Assembly (NCBI GenBank): GCA_009602735.1
Contig: WELA01002202.1
Span: forward strand, 1 to 64,000
DNA: 64,000 nucleotides
DNA from: Mesotaenium endlicherianum
Taxonomy: Eukaryota
Reading direction: 5' to 3'
This document shows positions 1 through 10,723 of the stretch, piece by piece. A model generated the notes under the pieces. It saw only the letters and a program-made list of their open reading frames with translations, was not told where the DNA came from and searched no databases. Position numbers and translations under genes: made by a program. Position 1 is the stretch's first letter. Each line of letters begins with the position of its first letter.

Positions 1-3000
1 ATATTACTGTGCGAACTCCTGACCACGACGAGGAGATTATGATGCCCAACGGATTCTCCAACAAAACTCTTCCAAGAGGACGTACCTTTTAGCACTCACT
101 ATCAAATGTTTCAAGGATAGAGTAATATTCTCTCCCATGCAATTGGGCAAGTGCGACGTCATCCTAAGGACGCCTTGGTTGACCAAGCACAACCCCCAAG
201 TTGATTAGAGGGACGGTACCACCAAGGTCAAGAACGACATTACTTCAAGAATCATTATTTTGCGCGCGATCAAGAATATCCAGACCCAAGACATCAAGAA
301 GCCGGCACACGAGATGCTATTACCCGCCCAACTCAAGAGACTTGTGAGGAAGGGACACGAGCTTCTTTGACCTTGATCACGCCAAAAGACGTCAAGAATG
401 ACGTCAAAATTCAAGAAGGCAGCCCCATTCCCAAGGAGATACAAGAAGTCTTGAAGGACTACAAAGAAGTATTCTCCTCGGAATTGCTGAAGGGCCTACC
501 CCCCCAGAGATTCGTAGGCCACAAGATAGAGTTGGAGCCCGGAAGCAAGTCCATCTCTCGGCCTACGTTCAAGATGTCATACACGGAGCTAGACAAAAAC
601 AAGAAGCAAATCAAGGAGCTACTGGAGCATGGCTTCATTCGACCCAGCAAGTCGCCATTTGGAGCCTCGGTGCTATTTTTCAAGAAGAAGGATGGTACCT
701 TGAGGATGTGTGGGAACTATCGCACCCTCAACAAGATCACCATCAAGAATCAATACCTGCTACCGCGCATGGATGAGCTCATGGACCGGCTGGTTCGAGC
801 CAAGTACTTCTCGAAGGTGGATTTGAGAAGCGGCTACCACCAGATTCGCATCGCTGAACCTGACATAGAGGAGACAGCGTTCAGGACAAGATATGGACAT
901 TTTGAGTTCATGGTCTTGCCATTTGGACTCACCAACGCGCCAGCAACTTTCATGACTATGATGAACACCATATGTAAGCCCATGTTGGATAGATTTGTGG
1001 TGGTATTCATCGACGACATCCTTATCTACAGCAAGACCCTCGACAAGCATGCAAGACATTTGAAAGAAGTCCTCGAAGTATTGAAGCAAAACAAGCTATT
1101 TGCAAAGGAGTCAAAGTGCGAGTTTGCCAAACAAGAAGTGGAGTTCTTAGGTCTCCACGTGACTGCTGATGACATCAAGACGGACCCCAAGAAGACCACG
1201 GTGGTGGAGGAATGGCCAACCCCCACGACAAAGAAAGAACTCCAATCATTCTTGGGATTTGCCAATTGGTACAGGAGATGAATCCCGAGCTTCTCGCACA
1301 TAGCAACTTCCCTCGTGGATTTTCTCAAGAAGGACAAGCCATATGTTTGGACCAAAAAAGAGGAGGGAGCATTCCAACCACTGAAGCAAAGATTGACGAC
1401 ATCTGCGGTGCTCACACTTCCAAGTCCAAACCCAGATTGGCCCTTACACGTCGTCATCGATGCATCTTCCTATGCAATAGGAGCAATCTTGCTTCAAGAC
1501 CAAGGCAAGGGACTGTAGCCCATTGCCTACGAGTCAAGGAAGCTAAATTTAGCCGAGCAAAATTATACAACCACGGAGCGAGAGGCGTTGGCAATTATAC
1601 ATGCCTTCAAGGTTTGGCGCTGTAACGTTGAAGGACGCAAGGTGCTGATCACTACGGACCACGAGGCGTTGAAGCACCTCCAGACGCAGCCGTATCTCTC
1701 AAGGAGACAATCAAGATGGAGTAGATACTTGCAACAATACAATATCAAGATTTGGTACCAACCCGGGAAGACATATTCAGCCGACCCCCTTTCAAGACTA
1801 CAAGTGAACTTGATTACGACAACCTTGCATACGGATTTGGAGGCAAGATTTTCAGCCGCCTATAAAAGAGACCCGTACTACAAGAACGGAGAAGCAACCT
1901 TGGACCCATACAAGAAGCAAGAAGGCGATTTTTGGGTGAGGCAAGACACGGGCCAAAAATGTGTTCCTAATGATTTGGACCTCCGGCTCTTGCTTCTACA
2001 AGAAGCACACGACAACCCTCTTGGAGGACACTTTGGGATCCTAAAGACCACGGGCGTTCTAGCTAGGACTTTTTGCTGGCCAGGCATGTCTAAGCAAGTC
2101 AAGGAGTATTGCAGAAACTGTGACACATGCCAAAGAATCAAGCCATCATCACAAAAGGCGGGAGAACTTCTTCAACCACTACCAATTCTCGAGAGACAAT
2201 GGATAGATATCTTCATGGACCTCATTGTGGACTTGCCAGTGACACCACGAGGCCACAATGCAATATTAACAGTGATGGACAGACTTACCAAGATTGCTCA
2301 TTTCATCCCAACAACGAACAAGGTTACAGCACCCCAGTTAGCAAGACTTGTCTTTGACAACATCTTTTGACTCCATGGACTACCATCAAGAATTGTGTCG
2401 GATAGAAATCCAAGATTCACAAGCCATTTCTAGAAATACCTCTTCAAGACCTTGGGTACATCGCTGGATATGTCCAGTGCCTACTACCCGTAATCAAATG
2501 GACAAGCAGAGCGTATGAATTGTACTCTAAAGACCTCTCTAAAGGCCTACGTGTCTAGCTTGTAGCAAGATTGGGAAATGTACTTGGCCCCCTTGGACTT
2601 TGCCCACAACAACACGATGCAGGCCTCTACCCAAGAGTCCCCATTCTTCCTCAAGAGTGGCTTCCATCCAACCACGCCGCTGAGCTTCACGGCTGGCCAT
2701 GATTAAGTATGTGCAGTTGCAGATTTTTTGGAGACATTAGAAGCAACCCTTGCAGCAGCCAAGAAAGCTCTACAACACGCGCAAGAGTGGCAAACAGGTC
2801 TAGCAGAGAAATTACGTACTGAGTGGGTGACAACGTGTTACTATCATCCAGTAACATTTCCCTGAACAACAGGCTTGCCGACAGCAAGTTCTTTTCCAAG
2901 TATTTGGGACCCTTTAAGATTATCCAGCATGTCAACCATGTTGCTTTCAAGCTATAACTTCCCCAGACTATGCACATCAATTCCGTACTCCACGCCTCCC

Positions 3001-3240
3001 TCTTCAAGCCATATGTGCAACCGGACAACAAGTTCTCAGGACGAGTGACAACCCCACCAGCCCTAACAATAGGGGATGATCATTTGGAGTATGAAGTGGA
3101 AGACATATTGGAAATGAGAAATTTCAGGAGACAACAGCAATAGTTGATCAAGTGGAAAGGATATCCATGTAATGAGAATAGTTGGGTGGCGGCGCATTAC
3201 CTTGACAAAGTTTAGAGAAAGCTGAAACGCTTCCATGTCA
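1..3240 (+). pseudogene. Gypsy pol remnant (protease C-terminus, RT, RNase H, integrase, chromodomain)
   Basis: CDVILRTPWL (protease end). RT ORF 367-1281 with [17 protein letters not shown] and FIDDIL. RNase H IDASSYAIGA. Integrase HDNPLGGHFG...CDTC. Chromodomain EYEVEDIL...LIKWKGY...NSW near 3087-3190. Several in-frame stops. Confidence 0.95.
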
Positions 3241-4158
3241 CCAACCCGCATCTTGGACCAGCTCCTAGCCCCTAGCCTCTATCCAAAGAACCAAAAGACT
3301 TCAGAGTGGGAACCTGCCATCATCAAGAAACAGCAGAAGACCCCTTGGAGGCAGCCTGCAAGAACGAGAAAGAAGAAAAATGGACATTAGACACTCTTCT
3401 TTTCTCGTAATTTTTGAACAGAAAACTAAAACTGCTACTCTTGATAGGTCTCTATATATTGAATCTTGAAATTTCACCTGGCTATATTCCATGAGTAGAA
3501 AGTTTGTTAGAATTTAAGTTTACTCAAATTGGAATTGTGGACAAAGAGATAAAAATCTCTGAACAAAAGGGGATCAGGCTGCTGGCATTATTAGGGCAGA
3601 ATATGCCTTCTGACATTGTGCCCTCCCCTGAACTTGGAGTTCTATGAGACTCAAGGATATGATAGATGACATTTTTGCAGACATTATTGCGCCCAGAGAT
3701 TAAGTTTGCAGAGCTTGAAGAAGTAGAGAAAGACTTATGATTTTCAGAAGTTTCTGCACAGATTTGGAGTGCCTCCTCACTCTGCTTTCGACGGCACTCC
3801 AGAAGTTGGAGTGCTATCAAATTTGCTAACCAGGTAGATTTCTTTGACGCGCTCCGTCTAACACTAGAATTTTTCAATTTGGAGCAATTCTGTGGATGCT
3901 ATGAATTTTTGAATCCATGGCAGATTTTGGGCCAACTTATACCATTTTCCTTATTATCAAGGAGCAGGCTAGCCAATGAGGTCACACCACCCACGACCTT
4001 GCGAAGTCTACCTTACATGGGTAGCACCTGACTTAGAACCTCTGACTAACCTACTTTACATGTGTGGCACCTAACTTGAAGTCTTTGACTAGTCTTCTCC
4101 CCATGTGTAAGACCAAACTTGACGCGCCGAGACGTCGTTTTTTCTGTCGGGGGAGTGA

Positions 4159-4641
4159 TGCAGTGATGTGTGTTAGAATATATTTGTTTGTTTTCATTTG
4201 AATGCTTTTGAATATTTCTAGAGAAATTTTGTGTGGATTCAACTGTGAACAGATACTCTAATAACTTGGTTCATGTCCTTTAAATCTTCAAAGGCATTTT
4301 TAAAGTTAAAGAAAGGACCTAGAAGAACTTCATGTGACAAAAGTCAAATATGCCATTTTTTAGGTCAAAAGAACATCTGTACATTATTCTAGAAAGAGGT
4401 GGCAAGTTTTGGGATGTGTTGGGTGCCAACACATCAACATGTACCTTCTTAGGAATTAATTATGTAGCAAGTATGTAAACAAGAGCTAAAACATAGAAAA
4501 GCATTGGAGAATCAATTTTGTACTTGCTAAAGTCCAGAAATATATTGACTTTCAAGAAGCCATCTCTCTTTCAAGAAGCTACCACTTGTGTTCAAAATAT
4601 CCTTGTCTTGTTTAGATGAAGTACTTTAGTAAATTAAGTAC
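4159..4641 (+). repeat. Element D 3' LTR, major part (remaining 22 bp at 33346-33367)
   Basis: Starts with TG directly after the PPT. Its terminus CACTACA is found beyond the B' target duplication. Confidence 0.65.
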
Positions 4642-5681
4642 TGTAACGTTTCTGCAAGACGTTCTAAATTTGGAGAGTCTTTTCCTTGGTATTCAAGGAA
4701 ACTTTGATAATATTGAAAGGAAAATATCTCTAAGTCGCTATTTTCACTAAGTGTTCAAGAACGAGAGAGAGAGAGAGGTAGCGCGTAGCTATAGATTTAG
4801 TGCTTGTGGGAGTTGCACTCACAGTGACTCTCGCAGGTATTTATACCTATTCAAAGTGAGGCACTTGAGCACTTCGAGTCACCACCTAGGGCACCGGTCA
4901 TGTCAACGAAAACGATCAAATGAATGTGACCATTTTGACCGAATGCTGGAAATCGCGTCGTGTGGCGGTTTTGAGACTTTCGACGAATCGCGACAAATCG
5001 TAACGAATCGTTTCGCGCCGGATCGGCGTAGTCGCGTCTTTTGAATAGACGTGATTGTTCATAGTGACGTCTACGAACCTTTTCGATAGAAGTGACTTTT
5101 TGCGGTCGTGTCTTTTGAATATTTTTGATAGATGTGACCGTTTGTCGCGCGCACATTTTTTCGTCATGACCGAGTAGTCGTAATAAGTACTTTGCCAATA
5201 GGTTAGGTGTAATCGTCTCAAACGAGAGGTCGCGAGTTTGAATCCGCATGAATGCAAAGTAACTTTGCTTTATTATTTCGTTTGAGTTTTACGACTTCGT
5301 TCGGTTTAACGACTTGTTGTAAGTCCGAAGTCGGCAATTGTGCATTATTGAAGTCGGCAATTGTGCATTATTGAAAATAATGTCAATCTGAAATTCCAAT
5401 CAATCCATAATTGATTATGTTATCATCTAATTATATAGAAAAGTACTTTATGAATAGTTATGTCTTACTATTGCGAAGTAGTCGAATTACTTTACGACGC
5501 TTTTTGCAATAGCATCTTGGTCACATCGCTGAACGACCAAGAATTAGTCGGCACACAAGTGTGGCGATTAATTGATCAAGATGCAATTATTTATCAAATA
5601 ATATATTGATATATAGCGTAACATATTTTATGTAATTAGGACAACGTCCCAAATATGCCTAAAATAGCTCGAATCATTACA
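4642..5681 (-). repeat. B' 3' LTR
   Basis: Alignable by eye to the B LTRs at 20628-21561 and 25908-26850. Followed on + by CTTTTCCCCCC, the reverse complement of a PPT. Internal 23-bp tandem duplication at 5327-5372. Confidence 0.9.
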
Positions 5682-5819
5682 CTTTTCCCCCCTTAAGAGA
5701 ACTTAACGTCCTCGTTAAGCCTTGTCTTTTAAGTCATATGTGCCAATACTTACCATAATTAACAAAAAATACCGGTGAGCGAATGGTCTTTGCATCATCA
5801 CAGGGACGGAAAAGAGCGT

Positions 5820-6487
5820 TTACTTGGCCGCGTCTCTTTTGCGTTTATTCTTTGGTGTACAAAGAGCGCCTGGTAGCACACTTGCCTTTGCGCAAAGCCT
5901 TTGTGCATTGATCCATCGTAACCAATACTGCTGAACCTGGTCCTTGCAATTAAGAAAGATTTTGTCCTCAGGTTTGTACAAGTTCCAATTGGAATTGTAA
6001 TCAAGCCACTTGATCAAAAGCTCCACTCGTGGAGGCTTATGTCGGGTGTAGCGGTGTCCTAAGACCTCCTTTACATCCCAGGCTTTATCATCATTTGCAA
6101 GTTCCAACTCTAGTGCTTGTGGCTGGTAGCGGCTATTGAATCAAATCAGCTTTAGTAATCTGGTATGAAACACAGGATGCGTACGCCCCATGGGTTTAGG
6201 CAAATCTAGTCGGTATGCAACAGGTCCAACCTTTGCAATAACGATAAAAGGGCCTACCCAACGAGGCAGAAGCTTTTGCTTTTCTGGGTGCTTGAGCTGC
6301 AGGTTTTTGGTTTACAAAAGTACTTTATTGCCAACCTAAAAGCTCAACTCAGTCCAGTGCGTATCAGCAAATTTCTTATGCCGATTGCGAGCAGCGGCTA
6401 GAGCCATTTTTGGTTGTTTGCGCACCTCTTGAAGAGAGTGGACAAAGAGGCGGGCACTTGGTACTCTCATGTTTGACATCCCCGTCA
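5820..6487 (-). pseudogene. B' integrase C-terminus (GPF motif) and chromodomain remnant
   Basis: LLPRWVGPF...HPVFH and WDVKEVLGHRYTRHKPPRVELLIKWLDY, closely similar to 21703-22354. Homology to B stops at ~6487. Confidence 0.9.
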
Positions 6488-6496
6488 AACCTGGAA

Positions 6497-6897
6497 CTAG
6501 GTGTGCCGGGGGGGGGTATCATACCCTGACCTGGCCTCTTCTGGGGTCTCTTCACGTCTTGATCTTGTTGTTCCGGGAGGTGAGCTCCCAAAAATCTGGC
6601 TGTGAGTGGCGATTCTCACAGATGATGGGGTGCCATGCGTATCGTCTTCCACTCCTGGTAGCGGTGCTGCTTGCTGAGGCGCTTGATCCCTCATGGGTGT
6701 ATCCCCTCTTTCCAGAGATGCTTGTAATTCATTGGTCCGATTATCAATCCGGTCCAATAGATCCTGACATCTCATCAGTTCTGCCATCCTATCTCCCCTT
6801 TATGCTCTGTCTATAGCGGCTTCCGCTGCGTCTCTTTGCACCCAGTATTCTTCTTGTTGCTGATGTGCCGTTCTGATAGCCCTATGATCAGATGTTG
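6497..6897 (-). pseudogene. C-terminal continuation of the E1 DNMT polyprotein
   Basis: Removing element C (TSD TGTTG) joins ...GINVVPT to SDHRAIRTAHQQQEEYWVQRDAAEAAIDRA*RGDR-MAELMRCQ..., in the same frame as ORF 6497-6787. Confidence 0.75.
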
Positions 6898-7948
6898 TGT
6901 AATGAATCAGTTCATTATTTATTTAATTAATTGCATGCATAAATGCAACACTAAGTATGTATTATGTCAATATACTCACAGGCGCGAGTTTATTAAAATG
7001 AATGTATGTCGATGTAATGCGAGTTTACTTACTTTGTCAAAAAGGTCAGCAGGATGACTTTTGTATCATAGTGTAGTTTGCTGACTTTGTTGAAAAGATT
7101 AGCAGGATGACTTTTGTATCATAGTATACTTTGCTGAGATTTATATATCAGTTATATATAGGATGTAATATCAGCAGGATGACACATACTAAGCTCGCTG
7201 GATATTAGTCAGTATACTTAGCTTCAGTACGCTGAGGGTAGATATATTCATTCAGATTATTATTTGTAGATTGGCACATGTGACCGTAGTATACTGAAAG
7301 TCACAAGGTCGACTGAGATTCGGTAAATCGATGTCCTACCAGTGTGGTTAACTCCTGGGTAGGCGGAGCCGTCGTCAGTCAACTTAACAATTAGGACTTT
7401 AGTCAACCGACCAATTAATATGGTCGTTATACCTAGATCCGTGGGTCCCAACTTAACAGGTTTCCCACAAAACGGCGCACCTTGCGCCGTGGTCAACCAG
7501 GTGGTCACTAGGTACATAGCAGGCTGGGATCTCGTGGTCCCTCATTCTGGACAGTAGGCTTTACAGTCGGATTTCTACTTGCAAGTCATGTGTGCACTTT
7601 TGGGTTCGTTCTAATGACCATCCTTCACGGAAATAGACATGGCTGCTTTGTTTGCGCTCCAAATGGAGCGAACTAGAACTTTTCGGAAAGGTCTTGTCAA
7701 GATGCATCTGTTGCCGTTCAGTTTGCTCAGTTTGGAGCACTATTGACAGAGTTATGCCCTCTGACAGTTTGGGGTCACACAGCGGACAGATTCCATGGTT
7801 TTGCACCTAAGTCAGTGGGATGTGTTTTAGCTACTTTATGGTCATCTGAATGAGAGCGCCTTTGCTATTCAGTCCCCTGACGTTGTGTATGTGCTTGTAC
7901 ATGCTTGTATGCCTGGTAGGCAAGAGGTCATGAGATTCTAAAGGAGAC

Positions 7949-8666
7949 TGAAATGAATCGACTTACCAAATAGGCGATTAACAATTAATAAAGATCTTTA
8001 TATCAGCAAGTAATCTTATGGTATTTCCGTTAACTAGTTAAACGGCAAAGGACAATACACTAGCAGGGAATAATACTCGTAAGTCAAATGCGAGTAAACT
8101 AGCATCAATGATGCAAATCAGTAAACTCATACATAAGCAAGGTTAGAAGACAGTGCGTATCAATGGCTTCTCGCCTTGGATTCAGATCTCTCTCAGTAAG
8201 CTGTACAAGAGAGTTGGCCTCGTTTCCGAATGCCGAACTCGAGAGCAATGCCTAGCATATGTACATGGAATGAGTTTACTGTTCAACGGTCAGTGCGATG
8301 GCACCGCCTACCCGGGAGTTAACCACGTTGGTAGGACCTCGGTTAACCAAATCCACCGCCATCTCCCATCATCCCGAATAGCCATCCATCATAGGGATGT
8401 CATCTGGCTATTCATCTAGCATATCGCACTTAGATGCATATCAAGGCAGTTCGCTGCTACCGAGTACGGAAGTCAGCTGGCTGTCAAAGAATGTGTCAGC
8501 AAGCTGACTTAAGTTGACTTCAGCCTGCTGCTTTCGGCTGAGTCATTAAACTGATAATTATGTAAAGTCCAGCAGACTGACTATTAACTAAAGTTCAGCA
8601 GGCTGAACTTAATTAACTATTATATTTAAATGAATATTATATCCACTAATATACTGATTCATTACA
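7949..8666 (-). repeat. Element A 3' LTR
   Basis: Direct repeat of 16022-16741, with about 17 substitutions and 2 single-base indels by manual count. Confidence 0.97.
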
Positions 8667-8667
8667 A

Positions 8668-8702
8668 TCCCTCCAACTTAACTTGTTGTCGCCTCGACAA
8701 CA
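8668..8702 (-). promoter_or_regulatory. Polypurine tract with upstream 8-bp hairpin (element A)
   Basis: Minus strand reads TGTTGTCG-AGG-CGACAACA AG TTAAGTTGGAGGGA T|TGTAATG. The same arrangement occurs in C (20479-20514) and A' (48370-48405). Confidence 0.85.
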
Positions 8703-8779
8703 TTAAACTGCAGAAATTTTAAATAAGGGAACTGAACCTGACCAGCCTCCCTTACTGACTGCCTCTTCAGCGTGTCACC

Positions 8780-10456
8780 TTAAGGGGTTGTTCCTGGGGC
8801 TTCAGGATCAGGAGACGGAGATCTGGACCTAGATCTGGACAGCCCTCTAGGTCTGTCAGCTGGCCTTCTAAAGAACCCTGTTTGCTCTAAAGTTGGCCCT
8901 CGAGGAGAACGGAGGATGGTGGCCTGCTCTTCAACCACTTGGGTGTTGATTCCCACATAGACAGGCATTCCAGTAGGATGCTGAAATACATTGGCTAGAG
9001 GTACATGCCCCTGAGCGGAGGGGGAGGCTGGCATACCTCTGGCCCACCCGCGTGTCCCTCTTCTGGCACCCCTGTCCTCTGGGGATTTCTGTCTGTGTCT
9101 GCTGCCCAGTACAGTCAGATCAGCTTCTTCCCCTGCTTGGGCAGGTGGGCTGGGGGAGCGAGCGCGGGGTCCAGTTGTCGCCATAACGGGGATCACATTC
9201 CAAACACCTGATCGTGGTTCTTTAAGAAGCGCCCCTGCCTGTCCCTGGGTATCCTGAGTACCTGCTGCTGATGCTTCTCCTCTGCCTTGTTCTTCTTCCT
9301 CATCCTCCTCATCCTCCTCCTCGGAGAGAGTAGGGGTCTCGTCCACTAAGTCGTCCTGCTCCCTAGTAGACATGGAGTAGTCTACCGACCTCCCTTTCTT
9401 AGGGCGCGCTGGAGGTTGCTTGGCCTTCAGCCTACTGATATCTATCCGGCCTGCATTCTTTGCCCATTTGACAAAGGCATGCTTTCCCTTAGAGAAGTAC
9501 TCTCTTCCCCTCCTCCTATGTTCCTTGGTCTCTGCATTCATATTGCTCAGGCATCCATTCAGCCTGGGGTCCCAAGGGGCAATGTGAGGTGGTAGGATGA
9601 GATAGCCGTCTAGGCCATAGTGGAAGTCATCCGGTTGGGCTCGGTCACACTCCTGCTTCTTATTTGTGACGGTCATCCACCTCCAGTCTGTTGGCTGCTG
9701 GTAGTACTGGGGTCCGTGCTCAGCCTTCCTCAGTTTACACGGGAACCAGTGGGGAGAGAACATCTGCTGTCCTGCTTCCCTGGCCAAGTACTCCCAGCTC
9801 CTTCTCTCAACTTCATTGTAAGCTGGCAGGAGTGTGAGGTAGAATACCGTATCCTTAAAGCTATCGGGCCGCATGCTCACCATCCGGATGAGTCTCTGAT
9901 CTCCCACTATTCCCGGTATGGGGACCGGCTTGTCCTCTGAATCATCTGCGAGATACCGGGCCTGCTCTGCTGTATAGCCCACCATCTTAGCATAATCTTC
10001 GTAAAGGACCACGCCGGTGTGTGTCTCGATGTACCTGTCCAGTGCTGTAGCTCCTTCCTTCTGTAGCAGTGTTGTCTGTTCCAGCCTGTTGATCTCCTGG
10101 GCTGCCAGCAATGCTTCCTTCAGGTTATCGAAGTTTTGGCCACCCACCACAGTATACCTGTAAGTGGCCAAGCTCTTCTGTCTGTCCGCTTCAATCTTTT
10201 TTCTTTTCTCCTCTTCTGCCGCTGCCGCTTCTTCTTGCTGTTTCTTCTGTCTCTCCTCCTCAGCCTTCCTGAGGTTTTCCGCTTCCTGATCCTTCTTCCT
10301 CTGTGCCTCTTCTGCCGCCTCTTGTTGCTTGCGGACCCTTTCTTGTTCTCTCCTGGTGAGGGACGTCGCCGCCAGCTCCTTCTGGTATTGCTCCATTGTC
10401 CTCCTGGCTTCTTCTGCCTTGCGCTTTCTGTCCTCCTTTTGTGTGGTGGGCGCCAT
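8780..10456 (-). CDS. Retrotransposon ORF3, ~558 aa, unknown function (charged coiled-coil N-terminus, conserved globular core, acidic and RS-rich C-terminus)
   Basis: Uninterrupted ORF between pol and the PPT. Homologous remnants at 34581-36136 (-) and ~47030-48294 (+). The ATG at 10456 follows a putative splice acceptor. Confidence 0.85.
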   Translation of the reverse strand: MAPTTQKEDRKRKAEEARRTMEQYQKELAATSLTRREQERVRKQQEAAEEAQRKKDQEAENLRKAEEERQKKQQEEAAAAEEEKRKKIEADRQKSLATYRYTVVGGQNFDNLKEALLAAQEINRLEQTTLLQKEGATALDRYIETHTGVVLYEDYAKMVGYTAEQARYLADDSEDKPVPIPGIVGDQRLIRMVSMRPDSFKDTVFYLTLLPAYNEVERRSWEYLAREAGQQMFSPHWFPCKLRKAEHGPQYYQQPTDWRWMTVTNKKQECDRAQPDDFHYGLDGYLILPPHIAPWDPRLNGCLSNMNAETKEHRRRGREYFSKGKHAFVKWAKNAGRIDISRLKAKQPPARPKKGRSVDYSMSTREQDDLVDETPTLSEEEDEEDEEEEQGRGEASAAGTQDTQGQAGALLKEPRSGVWNVIPVMATTGPRARSPSPPAQAGEEADLTVLGSRHRQKSPEDRGARRGTRGWARGMPASPSAQGHVPLANVFQHPTGMPVYVGINTQVVEEQATILRSPRGPTLEQTGFFRRPADRPRGLSRSRSRSPSPDPEAPGTTP

Positions 10457-10723
10457 CCTGCACATGTAACCAGGGCACAAGTTAGTAGGATATGGACCTT
10501 TGTCATAGGGATTGCAGGAAGTATGTTAGTATTTAGTATAGTGGCTTCGCTGCTGTTTACCTTACAGGATGATTGCTAAAAGTTGACGTAGTTGCGATGC
10601 GCTACACATAAACGTATGAGTGTGTTTTTATCGCTCTCGCTCACTAACTGTCATATATTTTCCCCTCCAACTTAAATGGAGACAGGACCGCCTGTCACCT
10701 TCCCGTGTCAACTGAAATGACAG

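Noticed and set aside
7031..7136. CRISPR-like array
   Set aside because: A simple ~53-bp tandem duplication in the C LTR; no spacers, no cas genes, eukaryotic context.
6898..7948. Retrozyme-type hammerhead or twister ribozyme in the C LTR
   Set aside because: No CTGANGA...GAAA core with flanking stems and no complete twister consensus seen by eye; an Infernal scan would be definitive.
8153..8419. Repeated small ORFs (e.g. MRINGFSPW..., MYLVTTWL..., MQNHGICP...)
   Set aside because: They recur only because they lie in duplicated LTRs; no protein features.
8780..10480. ORF3 as a retroviral-type Env
   Set aside because: No signal peptide or transmembrane segment is visible; only the position is env-like.
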